A DNA stretch of 64,000 nt from an uncultured Phycisphaerales bacterium. GTDB taxonomy: Bacteria > Planctomycetota > Phycisphaerae > Phycisphaerales > SM1A02. The position numbers and the translations under genes are program-made. Under the pieces are notes generated by a model. It did no database searches. It worked only from the letters and a program-made list of their open reading frames with translations, and was not told the DNA's origin. Positions 37,361 to 46,846 of this stretch are shown piece after piece (the first letter of the stretch is position 1; each line of letters begins with the position of its first letter). The stretch spans positions 1-64,000 of the forward strand of contig CALKEP010000015.1 in the NCBI GenBank assembly GCA_938084645.1, in the 5' to 3' direction.

Positions 37361-40300
37361 ATGGAATTCGGTCGTGATCAGCCTCGCGGAATTCACCGAT
37401 GGGCCCCTGCCCTGATCTTGCTGGGCACTGCATCGGCGTGGGCTGCCGGATTCACCCAATCCGACGATGCGGTTGTCCCGGACGATGCGATCCATGCGGG
37501 CGTCCCGGCCGCCGACCACGCGATCGACTTCAACCGCGACGTTCGCCCGATCCTCGTCGCCCGGTGCTTCGCCTGTCACGGCCCCGATTCCTCGACTCGG
37601 AAGCGCGGCCTTCGACTCGACGTCCGGAAGGGCGCTGTCGAGCCCGCGGCGTCCGGCCGTCAGGCCGTCGTCGTCCCGCACGACGCGGACGGCAGTCTTC
37701 TGCTGGAGCGGATCACGGATGATCTCGATCCGATGCCACCGTCCGGCGAGCCCCTGACGACCGAGGAGGTCGAGATCCTCCGACGCTGGATCGATGCGGG
37801 CGCGGAATACGAAGGCCATTGGTCATGGGAGCCGATTCAGGATCCCACACCCCCGACCATCGATGACGAACGATCGGCGACGGTTCGAAACGACGTGGAC
37901 CGATTCGTCGAAGATCGTCTTCACGCCGAAGGTCTCACGGCCGCCGGTGACGCCACTCCCGCGCGACAGGTTCGACGGCTCGCCTTCGACCTCACCGGCC
38001 TGCCGCCGGACCCCGGCGTGATCGAGGCTTTCGAACACGATCCGAGCGACGATCACTGGAACCGGATGGTCGAGGCGTACCTCGCATCGCCCGCCTTCGG
38101 CGAGCGATGGGGACGCCACTGGCTCGACCTCGTCCGCTACTCGGAGACCTATGGACACGAGTTCGACTATCCGATCCGCGAAGCGTGGCGGTATCGCGAC
38201 TGGGTGGTCCGGGCGTTCAACCAGGATCTCGGATACGACCGATTCCTCGCCGAGCAGATCGCTGGTGACCTGCTCGATCCGCGACCGAACCCCGTGGACG
38301 GCACCAACGAAAGCGTGATCGGCACCGGGCACTGGTACTTCCACCAGGCGGTGCACGCGCCCACCGACGTGACCCAGGACCAGTCCGATCGCATCGCCGA
38401 CCAGCTCGAGGTCTTCGGCCAGGGATTCCTCGGCCTCACCGTCGCCTGTGCCCGGTGCCACGACCACAAGTTCGACGCGATCAGCACCCGGGACTACTAC
38501 GCGCTCTCCGGGTACCTCCAGTCGATGCACCAGGGGTATGCGTATCTCGATCCCCACCATCGAATCACCGAGGCGGTGGCTCGACTCCGGAACGCCGGAC
38601 CGATGCGCGACATCCGATCGGCGCTCGAGTCACCGACCCGCCTCGCCGAGTACTTGAAGGCTGCCGCGGAGACGCGACCGGGTCGGACCGAGGACGGCAA
38701 GGCGTGGAAGCCGGTCGATCCCGAACGAATCGCTGAAGTCGCCGGGGATCGCGATCTCGATCCCGGTCTGCTCGGTCGCTGGACCGAGTCCTTTCGAGAC
38801 GACGCCTGGCGATCGCCGGACCACCCCTGGCGGGCCTGGGTCCTGCTCGGTCACGACGGTGCGATCGACGATGAGTCCACCCGACGCGACGCTCGGGGGA
38901 AAGTGGTTCCGAACATCGATCTCGTCGTCGACGAGGGAGCCGTCGTCCTCGAGTCGTTCGATCAACCGACCCCGGACCTTCGGTGGTATCCCACCGGTTG
39001 GGCGTGGACCGGGACGGACGACATGCCGACACCCCGCGGTGGGACCCTCGCCAGCGACGACGGTGATCACCGTCTTCAGGGAACGATCCGGAGCGAGACC
39101 TTCACGCTCGATCGACGCTTCCTCCACTGGCGGGTCCGCGGTGATGGGAACGGTGCAAGAATCCGACTCGTCGTCGAAGGCATGATGATGGACGAGTTCA
39201 ACGCGCTGCTCTTCGGTGGATATCGACGCGACGTCGCCTCGAACGACGGCTGGCGACACGTGGTGAACGACACGCGGCTCCAGGCGGGCAGCCGCGCCCA
39301 TCTCGAACTCATCGACGATGGCACCGGCCGACTCGAAGTCGATGCGATCTGGCTGAGCGATCGCGGCGACGGGAGACTTCCCGACGAGGATCTCCCAGAC
39401 TGGATCGATGCCGCCCGCGGCGAGGATGCGAACGAACTCGCCGAGGCCTTCGCAAGATCGGCGGCGGGATCCGACGATTCCGAGACCTACCGAAGCCCGC
39501 TTCGAGATCGGCTGATCGACGCCGGCCTCTGGGGTGACACGCTCGCCGAAGCGGACGCGAATCGGGAGACCGTCGCGGCCGAGGAACGCCGCCTGTCGAC
39601 GATCGCCGGTGACATCCCCGGGCCGGTCCGGGTGCTTGCGGCGCTCGAAGGGTCCGGGGTCGATCAGCACGTCTCCATCCGTGGCTCGCATCGGAGTCCC
39701 GGCGAGATCGCGGTTCGTTCCTTCATCACATCGATCGCCGGTGAACCGACCTCGCCCGGTGAATCGGGTTCGGGACGCCTCGAACTGGTCGAGACGATCT
39801 TCGCGACGTCCAATCCATTCCCCGCCCGCGTCATGGCGAACCGCGCCTGGCACCATCTCTTCGGCCGAGGGCTCGTGGCGACCACCGACGATTTCGGTGG
39901 CCTCGGCGAGATGCCCTCGCACCCCGAACTGCTCGATCACCTTGCCTCCGAGTTCCGGACGAACTGGTCGATCAAGGACCTCATTCGATCGATCGTGAGG
40001 TCCAGCGCGTATCGGCGTTCGAGCGTCCCCGTCGAAGCGACCGCGGACCGGATGCGCTTGATCGATCCGAATCGCGCCCTGCTCGCCGCCGCGCCGGTCC
40101 GTCGGCTCCAGGCCGAGGCGATTCGTGATTCGATGCTCTTCACCAGTGGTCGACTCGACTCCACCGTGGGGGGCGCCTCGGTCGGAACCCATCTCACGCC
40201 GTTCATGAACGGCCGCGGTCGTCCCGGCCGGAGCGGGCCGCTCGACGGCGCCGGACGACGAAGCATCTACCTCGAGGTTCGGCGGAACTTCGCCAATCCG

Positions 40301-40633
40301 ATGCTCGCCGCGTTCGACCTGCCGGCCCCGATGACCACGGTCGGTCGTCGCAACAGCTCGAACGTGCCCGCCCAGTCGCTCGTCCTCCTGAACGATCCCT
40401 TCGTTCACGAAATGGCGGCGGCGTGGGCGGACTCGATCCTGGCGGACACGTCGCTCGGGAACGACGAGGATCGGGCTCGTCGGATGTGGCGACTGGCCTT
40501 CGCCACACCGCCCACCGAGGAGGACGTCCGCATCATCGTCGACCACGTGGACGCGACATCCGATCCGGTCGAGGCCTGGAACGACATCGCGCACGCCCTC
40601 TACAACTCCAAGGCCTTCGTCCACCTCGACTGA
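37361..40633 (+). CDS. Planctomycete cytochrome with DUF1549/DUF1553 domains
   Basis: 'DFNRDVRPIL..CFACHG', 'GERWGRHWLD', 'CARCHDHKFD', 'PSHPELLD', 'PAQSLVLLN'. Confidence 0.92.
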   Translation: MEFGRDQPRGIHRWAPALILLGTASAWAAGFTQSDDAVVPDDAIHAGVPAADHAIDFNRDVRPILVARCFACHGPDSSTRKRGLRLDVRKGAVEPAASGRQAVVVPHDADGSLLLERITDDLDPMPPSGEPLTTEEVEILRRWIDAGAEYEGHWSWEPIQDPTPPTIDDERSATVRNDVDRFVEDRLHAEGLTAAGDATPARQVRRLAFDLTGLPPDPGVIEAFEHDPSDDHWNRMVEAYLASPAFGERWGRHWLDLVRYSETYGHEFDYPIREAWRYRDWVVRAFNQDLGYDRFLAEQIAGDLLDPRPNPVDGTNESVIGTGHWYFHQAVHAPTDVTQDQSDRIADQLEVFGQGFLGLTVACARCHDHKFDAISTRDYYALSGYLQSMHQGYAYLDPHHRITEAVARLRNAGPMRDIRSALESPTRLAEYLKAAAETRPGRTEDGKAWKPVDPERIAEVAGDRDLDPGLLGRWTESFRDDAWRSPDHPWRAWVLLGHDGAIDDESTRRDARGKVVPNIDLVVDEGAVVLESFDQPTPDLRWYPTGWAWTGTDDMPTPRGGTLASDDGDHRLQGTIRSETFTLDRRFLHWRVRGDGNGARIRLVVEGMMMDEFNALLFGGYRRDVASNDGWRHVVNDTRLQAGSRAHLELIDDGTGRLEVDAIWLSDRGDGRLPDEDLPDWIDAARGEDANELAEAFARSAAGSDDSETYRSPLRDRLIDAGLWGDTLAEADANRETVAAEERRLSTIAGDIPGPVRVLAALEGSGVDQHVSIRGSHRSPGEIAVRSFITSIAGEPTSPGESGSGRLELVETIFATSNPFPARVMANRAWHHLFGRGLVATTDDFGGLGEMPSHPELLDHLASEFRTNWSIKDLIRSIVRSSAYRRSSVPVEATADRMRLIDPNRALLAAAPVRRLQAEAIRDSMLFTSGRLDSTVGGASVGTHLTPFMNGRGRPGRSGPLDGAGRRSIYLEVRRNFANPMLAAFDLPAPMTTVGRRNSSNVPAQSLVLLNDPFVHEMAAAWADSILADTSLGNDEDRARRMWRLAFATPPTEEDVRIIVDHVDATSDPVEAWNDIAHALYNSKAFVHLD

Positions 40634-40650
40634 ACCCGCAGGATTCCACC

Positions 40651-42090
40651 ATGTCTCACGAATCACATCACTGCGGTCGGTTCCTCGCGGGCGCGACCAC
40701 CCGGCGCGACATGCTTCGTCAGGTCGCCGGCGGGTTCGGGCTCGCCGCGTTCGCGGCGCTGGGCCACGAGGAACGCGCCGTCGCCGCGAGTCCCAACCGC
40801 ATCGGCCGCGACGGCATGCTTCCGTCGCCGCATCACGCCGCGAAGGCCCGAAGCGTGATCTTCCTCTACATGGACGGCGGTCCGGGGCAGATGGACACCT
40901 TCGACCCGAAGCCGCGACTGACCGACATGCATGGCCAGCCCTTTCCGATGGAGAAGACGCCGACGCAGTTCGATTCCAACGGCAACTGTCTGGGGACGCC
41001 CTGGGACTTCCGACCGGGCGGTGAATCGGGGACGCCGGTATCCGACCTCTTTCCCCATGTCAGGGAGATGGCCGACGACATTCTCGTGGTCCGATCGATG
41101 ACCTCTCCGTTCAATGAACACACGAATGCCAACTACTTCCTCCACACCGGTCACGGGCTCGCCGGCCGCCCATCGATGGGTGCGTGGGCGACCTACGGCC
41201 TCGGCAGTGAGAATCGCGACCTCCCGGGATTCGTGGTGCTCGACGGCGGCTTGATACCCCCCGGAGGACTCGAGTGCTTCGGCAACGCGTATCTCCCCGC
41301 GACGCATCAGGCTTCCGTGCTCCGGCCCGCCGACGAGGTGCTCGCGAACGTGAAGCCCCGCGAGTCGATCGATCGCCAGCGAAGGAAGCTCGGCCTCGTC
41401 GAAGCGTTCGATCGCGGATTCCGGTCGTCGAGCGACGATCGCATCGAGAGCGCGATACGAAATCAGGAACTCGCCTTCCGCATGCAGTTCGCGGTCCCCG
41501 AAGCGACGGACGTCGAGGAGGAGCGGGCGAGCACCCGTCGAGACTACGGATTCGAGAGCGACTACGAACCGACGCGGATCTTCGCCCGGGAATGCCTGCT
41601 GGCGCGTCGTCTGGTCGAACGCGGCGTGCGGTTCATCGAATGCACCTGCCCGAGGGTGAGCGGTGACCGCTGGGATCAGCATGGAAAGCTGAAGGAGGGT
41701 CACGAGAACAACGCCCGGGCCGTCGACCAGCCGATCGCGGCCCTGCTCGCGGACCTCAAGCAGCGGGGATTGCTCGATTCGACGCTGGTGATCTGGGGCG
41801 CCGAGTTCGGCCGGACGCCGTTCAGCCAGGGTTCCGACGGACGCGATCACAACCAGCACGGGTTCAGCATGTGGCTCGCGGGCGGGGGGATCGACGGGGG
41901 CCGGACCTACGGCGCGACCGACGAGTACGGATATCGCGCAGTCGAGAATCCGGTCGAGATCCACGATCTCCACGCGACGATGCTCCATCTCATGGGCATC
42001 GATCACGAGCGGCTCACGCTTCGCTTCGGCGGGCGGGACATGCGACTCACCGACGTCCACGGCAAGGTGATGCACGACTGGATCGCCTGA
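40651..42090 (+). CDS. DUF1501 protein (Tat-exported)
   Basis: 'TRRDML', 'FLYMDGGP..DTFDPKP', 'EFGRTP', 'GRDH', 'DLHAT'. Confidence 0.93.
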   Translation: MSHESHHCGRFLAGATTRRDMLRQVAGGFGLAAFAALGHEERAVAASPNRIGRDGMLPSPHHAAKARSVIFLYMDGGPGQMDTFDPKPRLTDMHGQPFPMEKTPTQFDSNGNCLGTPWDFRPGGESGTPVSDLFPHVREMADDILVVRSMTSPFNEHTNANYFLHTGHGLAGRPSMGAWATYGLGSENRDLPGFVVLDGGLIPPGGLECFGNAYLPATHQASVLRPADEVLANVKPRESIDRQRRKLGLVEAFDRGFRSSSDDRIESAIRNQELAFRMQFAVPEATDVEEERASTRRDYGFESDYEPTRIFARECLLARRLVERGVRFIECTCPRVSGDRWDQHGKLKEGHENNARAVDQPIAALLADLKQRGLLDSTLVIWGAEFGRTPFSQGSDGRDHNQHGFSMWLAGGGIDGGRTYGATDEYGYRAVENPVEIHDLHATMLHLMGIDHERLTLRFGGRDMRLTDVHGKVMHDWIA

Positions 42091-42108
42091 TCCGCGATTC
42101 GGTCCGCG

Positions 42109-42783
42109 TCACTCCGAAGCCGGAGCACCGGTCCGTTGTTCACGCAGCCACGATGCGCGGGCGCGGGGGATGTGGACACGGCCCGACTTGGACCGTCGCC
42201 ACCACACGATGATCATCACCAGAATGGTGCCCACCAGCAGGGCCCCGACGCCGATGGTGACCCAGTGCAGGGGACCACTGGTGGAGAGCCCCCGTTGTGC
42301 CGCGTAGCCGAGGCCGAGCTGGAACCCCACGCTCAGGATCGCGGTCGACAGTTCCACGAGCAGGAAGACGCCCCAGGAGAGATGCACGAGCCCGCCGACC
42401 GCGACGCCCACCGTCCGCGATCCCGGAATGAACCGCGATGCGAGCAACACCCACGTGCCGTGACGGTCGTAGAGCGCCTTGACCTGGAGAATGCGTTTCG
42501 GATGCGCCTGCTTTCGAAACCAGTGCGTGCCGACCAGCCGGCCGCCGAACTTTCGGCAGACCAGGAACCACAGGGTGTCACCGCCGGTGACGCCGAGGTA
42601 GGCGGCGAGCACCGTCCAGAACATCGGGAACTTTCCGGCCGCGATCTCCCATCCGGCGGGGATCACGATCAGGTCCTCCGGAAGGTGCAGTCCCACGCCG
42701 GCGATCACCAGCAACCCGAACACCGCGATCGGACCGTAGAGGTCGAAGAGGTGTTGGACGATTTGGTCGGCGGTCTCGTGCAT
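42109..42783 (-). CDS. DedA family membrane protein
   Basis: 'GLHLPED', 'GDTLWF', 'SRFIPGSR'. Confidence 0.88.
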   Translation of the reverse strand: MHETADQIVQHLFDLYGPIAVFGLLVIAGVGLHLPEDLIVIPAGWEIAAGKFPMFWTVLAAYLGVTGGDTLWFLVCRKFGGRLVGTHWFRKQAHPKRILQVKALYDRHGTWVLLASRFIPGSRTVGVAVGGLVHLSWGVFLLVELSTAILSVGFQLGLGYAAQRGLSTSGPLHWVTIGVGALLVGTILVMIIVWWRRSKSGRVHIPRARASWLREQRTGAPASE

Positions 42784-42862
42784 GGCGTCAGTGGGCAGTA
42801 TCCATGGTTCGCGTGCCGGTTGCTCGGAATGACCATCCTCCCCGGTACAATCGCCGCCCGAC

Positions 42863-43876
42863 ATGCCCACCTTCGCCGCCGCCTACGTCCACGATCTCTC
42901 CCCGTTCGCCCTCCGATTCGGCGACGGGTTCGGGATTCGCTGGTACGGGCTCGCCTACCTGACCGGGTTCATCGCCGGCTGGTTCATCCTTCGATGGATG
43001 GCGAAGACGGGCCGAGGACTGATGAAGCCGGAGCAGGTGGGCGACTTCATGACCTGGATGGTCGTCGGCGTGCTCGTCGGCGGTCGCCTCGGCTACGTCT
43101 TCTTCTATTCGATCGATCTGCTGTGGACGTTCTCCGGCTCGTTCCCGTTCTGGGGCGTGCTCGAGATCCACAAGGGTGGCATGGCGAGTCATGGCGGGAT
43201 CCTGGGCGTGATGGCCGCCTGCATCCTCTATGGACTTCGCAATCGGATCACGCCGTGGCATCTGGTCGACTGCGTCGCGTTCTGCGCCCCGATCGGACTC
43301 GGACTCGGACGACTCGCCAATTTCGTGAACGGTGAACTCTGGGGTCGACCCCTCTCCGCCGAGCGCCAGGCCGATGCACCATGGTGGGCCGTCAAGTATC
43401 CCGACGAGATGCTCGACCCGGAGGAATTCCAGAACGGCGCGAACGTCGACGGACTCGCGACGATGGTTTCCAACCCGAACGGCGAGTGGGGACGACAGGC
43501 CCTTCGCGATGCGGTCTATGCCGGTCGGTCCGATGTCTCGGAGGCGATCGCCCCGTATCTGACCGCGTACTACCCCAGCCAGTTGTTTCAGGCCTGCACC
43601 GACGGTCTCCTGCTCTTTGCGCTGCTCGCGATCGTGTGGTGGAAACCGCGCAAGCCCGGGATCATCGGTGGCTGGTTCATGATCGGGTACGGCGTGATGC
43701 GGATCGCGTCCGAACAGTTCCGGGCCCAGTACCTGACGAACTGGGGCGTCTCCAGCATCTGGCCCGCAGCGGGCCTCAGCGCCGTGATGATCGCGATCGG
43801 TCTCGGAATGATCTGGTGGTGCGGTCGCCGGAACGACGATCCGATCGGCGGCCTTCGTCGCCCGCGGACCGTCTGA
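42863..43876 (+). CDS. lgt: Prolipoprotein diacylglyceryl transferase
   Basis: 'IRWYGLAY', 'GGRLGY', 'GGMASHGG', 'GRLANFVNGELWGR', 'PSQL'. Confidence 0.95.
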   Translation: MPTFAAAYVHDLSPFALRFGDGFGIRWYGLAYLTGFIAGWFILRWMAKTGRGLMKPEQVGDFMTWMVVGVLVGGRLGYVFFYSIDLLWTFSGSFPFWGVLEIHKGGMASHGGILGVMAACILYGLRNRITPWHLVDCVAFCAPIGLGLGRLANFVNGELWGRPLSAERQADAPWWAVKYPDEMLDPEEFQNGANVDGLATMVSNPNGEWGRQALRDAVYAGRSDVSEAIAPYLTAYYPSQLFQACTDGLLLFALLAIVWWKPRKPGIIGGWFMIGYGVMRIASEQFRAQYLTNWGVSSIWPAAGLSAVMIAIGLGMIWWCGRRNDDPIGGLRRPRTV

Positions 43877-43918
43877 TCGCGGCGCCCTCTCCACCGGCCC
43901 TCGCCATCATGAAAGACA

Positions 43919-43942
43919 CCGCCCGGTCGGTGGACCGGGCGG
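43919..43942. terminator. Hairpin between convergent lgt and the B12-domain gene
   Basis: CCGCCCGGTC-GGTG-GACCGGGCGG; followed by TGTCTTTC on the minus strand. Confidence 0.55.
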
Positions 43943-44000
43943 CGCTTCGGAGGGCGTGAACCCTTCGCTTCGTTCTGAATGACGCGGTGACGTCGGTGGA

Positions 44001-44702
44001 TCAGGCGGCCTTCGTCGCCTTGCCGCGACCGACGGTGCGCTCGTCGAGATTCGCTCGGACCTCGGGATACGCTTCGAGCTGCTCGAGCAGATCGTCGGGA
44101 CCGGTCGCCCAGAGATCGGCACCGATCTCCTCGGCGAGGCCCGGAGCCCGGTTGAAGATGCCGCCACCGACCACGATCTGCATCTCGGGGATCGCGTTGA
44201 TGCCGCGGATCTGATCGATCAGCTGACGGATGCCCGGTGCGTCGGCACCGCCGGAGCTGAACATGAGCAGGATGTCGGGGCGACGCTCGTGGACCTCGGC
44301 CATGATGTCGTCGTCCGCGATGTTTCCGCCGCCGTAGGTGACTTCGTAACCATCCGCTTCGAGCAGGTCGGCGATGAGTCGCGCCGAAAGGTCGTCGAGC
44401 TCGTTGGGACCGCAGAACATGCAGATCGAACGGTCACGAGCGGGCTTCGTCTCGTATCGATCCTGGTTCTGGGAGATGAGACCGCTCAGGGCCCGGGTCG
44501 CGTACTGCTGGGCGAGTCGCGTCATCTGGTCCTGGCGGTAGAGGGTGGTGATGTTGTTGATGGTGGGCCAGAAGACCTCACGGGCGATGGTGTCGGCGGA
44601 GATGTCGTGGTCGATCGCGGTCTCGACGAGCCGCCGCGAGGCGTTGCGGTTTCCGGAGACGAGCGAGGCGAAGAGGCTTTCGATGAAGAGGTCGGTGTTC
44701 AT
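44001..44702 (-). CDS. Cobalamin-binding-domain-like protein (cap + Rossmann), His ligand motif absent
   Basis: Four-helix cap, then 'LLEADGYEV', 'RPDILLM', 'IVVGGG', 'IGADLWA'. Confidence 0.78.
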   Translation of the reverse strand: MNTDLFIESLFASLVSGNRNASRRLVETAIDHDISADTIAREVFWPTINNITTLYRQDQMTRLAQQYATRALSGLISQNQDRYETKPARDRSICMFCGPNELDDLSARLIADLLEADGYEVTYGGGNIADDDIMAEVHERRPDILLMFSSGGADAPGIRQLIDQIRGINAIPEMQIVVGGGIFNRAPGLAEEIGADLWATGPDDLLEQLEAYPEVRANLDERTVGRGKATKAA

Positions 44703-45001
44703 GTCGGTTCCTTCTGGTTCTTGCTGGTTCGTGGCCCGAGTGGCCGAGGCGATCCCGGGCGGCGCCGGTTCCTCGGCGTCGTGAGTCGGTCTCTGGGAGT
44801 TGTCGGTGTCGAGATCGTCTCGACCGGGTGAGCTTCAGGCGTCGGTGTGTTCCCGTCGCCGGGTACTTCTTCGACGCGATCGCCGATCCATCCGCATCGC
44901 GGTTCGATTTCGAGTTACCGGATCACCCCGGCCTGGTTATGGACCATGTTCGACCGAGGAGGACGCCGGGGTCGCCGGTTATCAGTCACCACCGGCGTCG
45001 C

Positions 45002-45505
45002 TCAAACCGTCGGCGGGTGCGCGTTCATCCACTGGAAGACGCTGCTCTCGGGAGAATCCTCGATTCCAAGCTGACGAAGCATGTTGATGCACTGGGCCCG
45101 ATGATGCATCGAGTGGGTGGTCACGTGGGCGAGGATGCCTCCGCGGGTGAAGGTGTAGGTCGTTCCTTCTCGTTCCCGGGTGATCACGTCCGCGAAGTCA
45201 CCATCAAGCGCCGCCGAACGGAACGCCGCGTTCGCCTCGCGTTGCCGCCGTCGAAAGTCCTCGATGGTCCGCGGGGGGTCGTCCCGCATCACCGCGAAGG
45301 GGTCCTCTTCACCGCGAAGGACTCCGGTCCAGCCGATCATCGCCCCGAGATCGTGGGCGAAGGTCGCGCGAAGCGAACCGAGGCCCATCTCGAACGTCCG
45401 GTCGAGCGACTCGTCGTCGAGGGCATCGCAGGCGTCGAAGAGCCGCTCGTTCGCCCAGGCGTCGAAATCAAGCAGCACGAGATCCGGTCGGGTGGGGGTG
45501 GTCAT
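45002..45505 (-). CDS. DinB family protein
   Basis: 'WANERLFDAC', 'GSLRATFAH', 'HVTTHSMHHRAQ'. Confidence 0.88.
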   Translation of the reverse strand: MTTPTRPDLVLLDFDAWANERLFDACDALDDESLDRTFEMGLGSLRATFAHDLGAMIGWTGVLRGEEDPFAVMRDDPPRTIEDFRRRQREANAAFRSAALDGDFADVITREREGTTYTFTRGGILAHVTTHSMHHRAQCINMLRQLGIEDSPESSVFQWMNAHPPTV

Positions 45506-45514
45506 GCCGCAATC

Positions 45515-46846
45515 CTAGTCGGCGACCACGGGCGCCGGCGGGACGATTCGCGCCGACACCAACCGAGCCTCGGCCGCCTGCGCGTGACCCTCGAGCCCTT
45601 CCAACCGGGCGAATGTCGCGATCTCCTCGACGATCGCCGCCTTCGGGGTCGCCGATGCGGCGCGAAGCCACGTGCGGACCCGCAGGAAATCGAGCACGGA
45701 GAGACCGGCGGTGAATCGTGCGGTTCCTCCGGTGGGAAGAACGTGATTCGGCCCGATGCCGTAGTCGCCGAAGACCTCGCCCGCACCACCGCCGATGAAC
45801 ACCCCGCCGGCGTGACGAACCCGTCCCGAGATCCCGTCGGGGTCCTCGGTCAGGATCTCGAGGTGCTCGGCGGCGATCCGGTCCGCGATCGCGACGAGTC
45901 CGTCCCGATCGACCGCGTCGAAGATCCCGCCTCGACACAGCGACGTGGTCGCCGTGGAACGATTCGGTTCCGGCAGCGCCTCGACCCGTCGCCGAACCGC
46001 TTCGCGAATGCTCGGGCCGGCGGAGCATTCCGTGGTGGCGACCCACACTCCCGCGTCGGGATCGTGTTCCGCCTGCGCGATGAGATCCGCGGCGATCACC
46101 TCCGGATCCGCTGATCCGTCCGCGAGCACCAGCAGCTCGCTCGGACCGGCGATCCCGTCGATCTTCACCGGCCCGTGCACCGGCCCCGCGACCAACGCCT
46201 TCGCCGCCGTCACGTAACGGTTGCCCGGCCCGACGATCATGTCGCATCGCGGACCGAAGCGGCCCTGCGCGAACGCGCCGATCGCGTGCACCCCGCCCGC
46301 ACACAACATCGAGTCGGCATCCGCGAACCACGCGGCGGCGAGCATCTCCTCGGTGGGATTCGGACTCGCCACTCGGACCATGGAGACGCCCGCCACCCGG
46401 GCGGGGATCGCGGTCATGAGAACGCTCGATGGCAGGGGATACCGACCGCCGGGGGCGTAGCAGCCCACCGATTCGATGGGGACGAGATCGTGACCGGCCT
46501 GGAATCCATCGTCGGACACCGGACCGGACTCGACCCGCACCGGAGACAACGCGGCGAACTGCGTCTCCGCGAACGACCGGATCCGTGCCGCGGCCGACTC
46601 GATGATTCGTCTCGACGCGGCCGGAAGTCGGTCGACCGCCGATCGCATCCGGTCGCGATCCACCGTCACGAGGCCGTCCGGTCCACGCTCTTCGAATCGA
46701 TCCATCTGTTCGACGATCACGGACTCGCCTCGAGTTCGAATCGCGTCGAGCATCGACTCCGCGAAGGCCAGGGCTTCGGGAACCACCGCCGGTGTCCGCT
46801 CGATCGCGGCGTCGGGCGACCGATCGGGAAGAAGCATCTCGTTCAT
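45515..46846 (-). CDS. hisD: Histidinol dehydrogenase
   Basis: 'PGGRYPLPSSVLM', 'VGPGNRYV', 'AGPSE', 'QAEHD', 'EHLE', 'NHVLPT', 'EGLEGH'. Confidence 0.96.
   Translation of the reverse strand: MNEMLLPDRSPDAAIERTPAVVPEALAFAESMLDAIRTRGESVIVEQMDRFEERGPDGLVTVDRDRMRSAVDRLPAASRRIIESAAARIRSFAETQFAALSPVRVESGPVSDDGFQAGHDLVPIESVGCYAPGGRYPLPSSVLMTAIPARVAGVSMVRVASPNPTEEMLAAAWFADADSMLCAGGVHAIGAFAQGRFGPRCDMIVGPGNRYVTAAKALVAGPVHGPVKIDGIAGPSELLVLADGSADPEVIAADLIAQAEHDPDAGVWVATTECSAGPSIREAVRRRVEALPEPNRSTATTSLCRGGIFDAVDRDGLVAIADRIAAEHLEILTEDPDGISGRVRHAGGVFIGGGAGEVFGDYGIGPNHVLPTGGTARFTAGLSVLDFLRVRTWLRAASATPKAAIVEEIATFARLEGLEGHAQAAEARLVSARIVPPAPVVAD

Noticed and set aside
44703..45001. Riboswitch upstream of the B12-domain gene
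   Set aside because: Some hairpins are present but no cobalamin core motifs on the minus strand.
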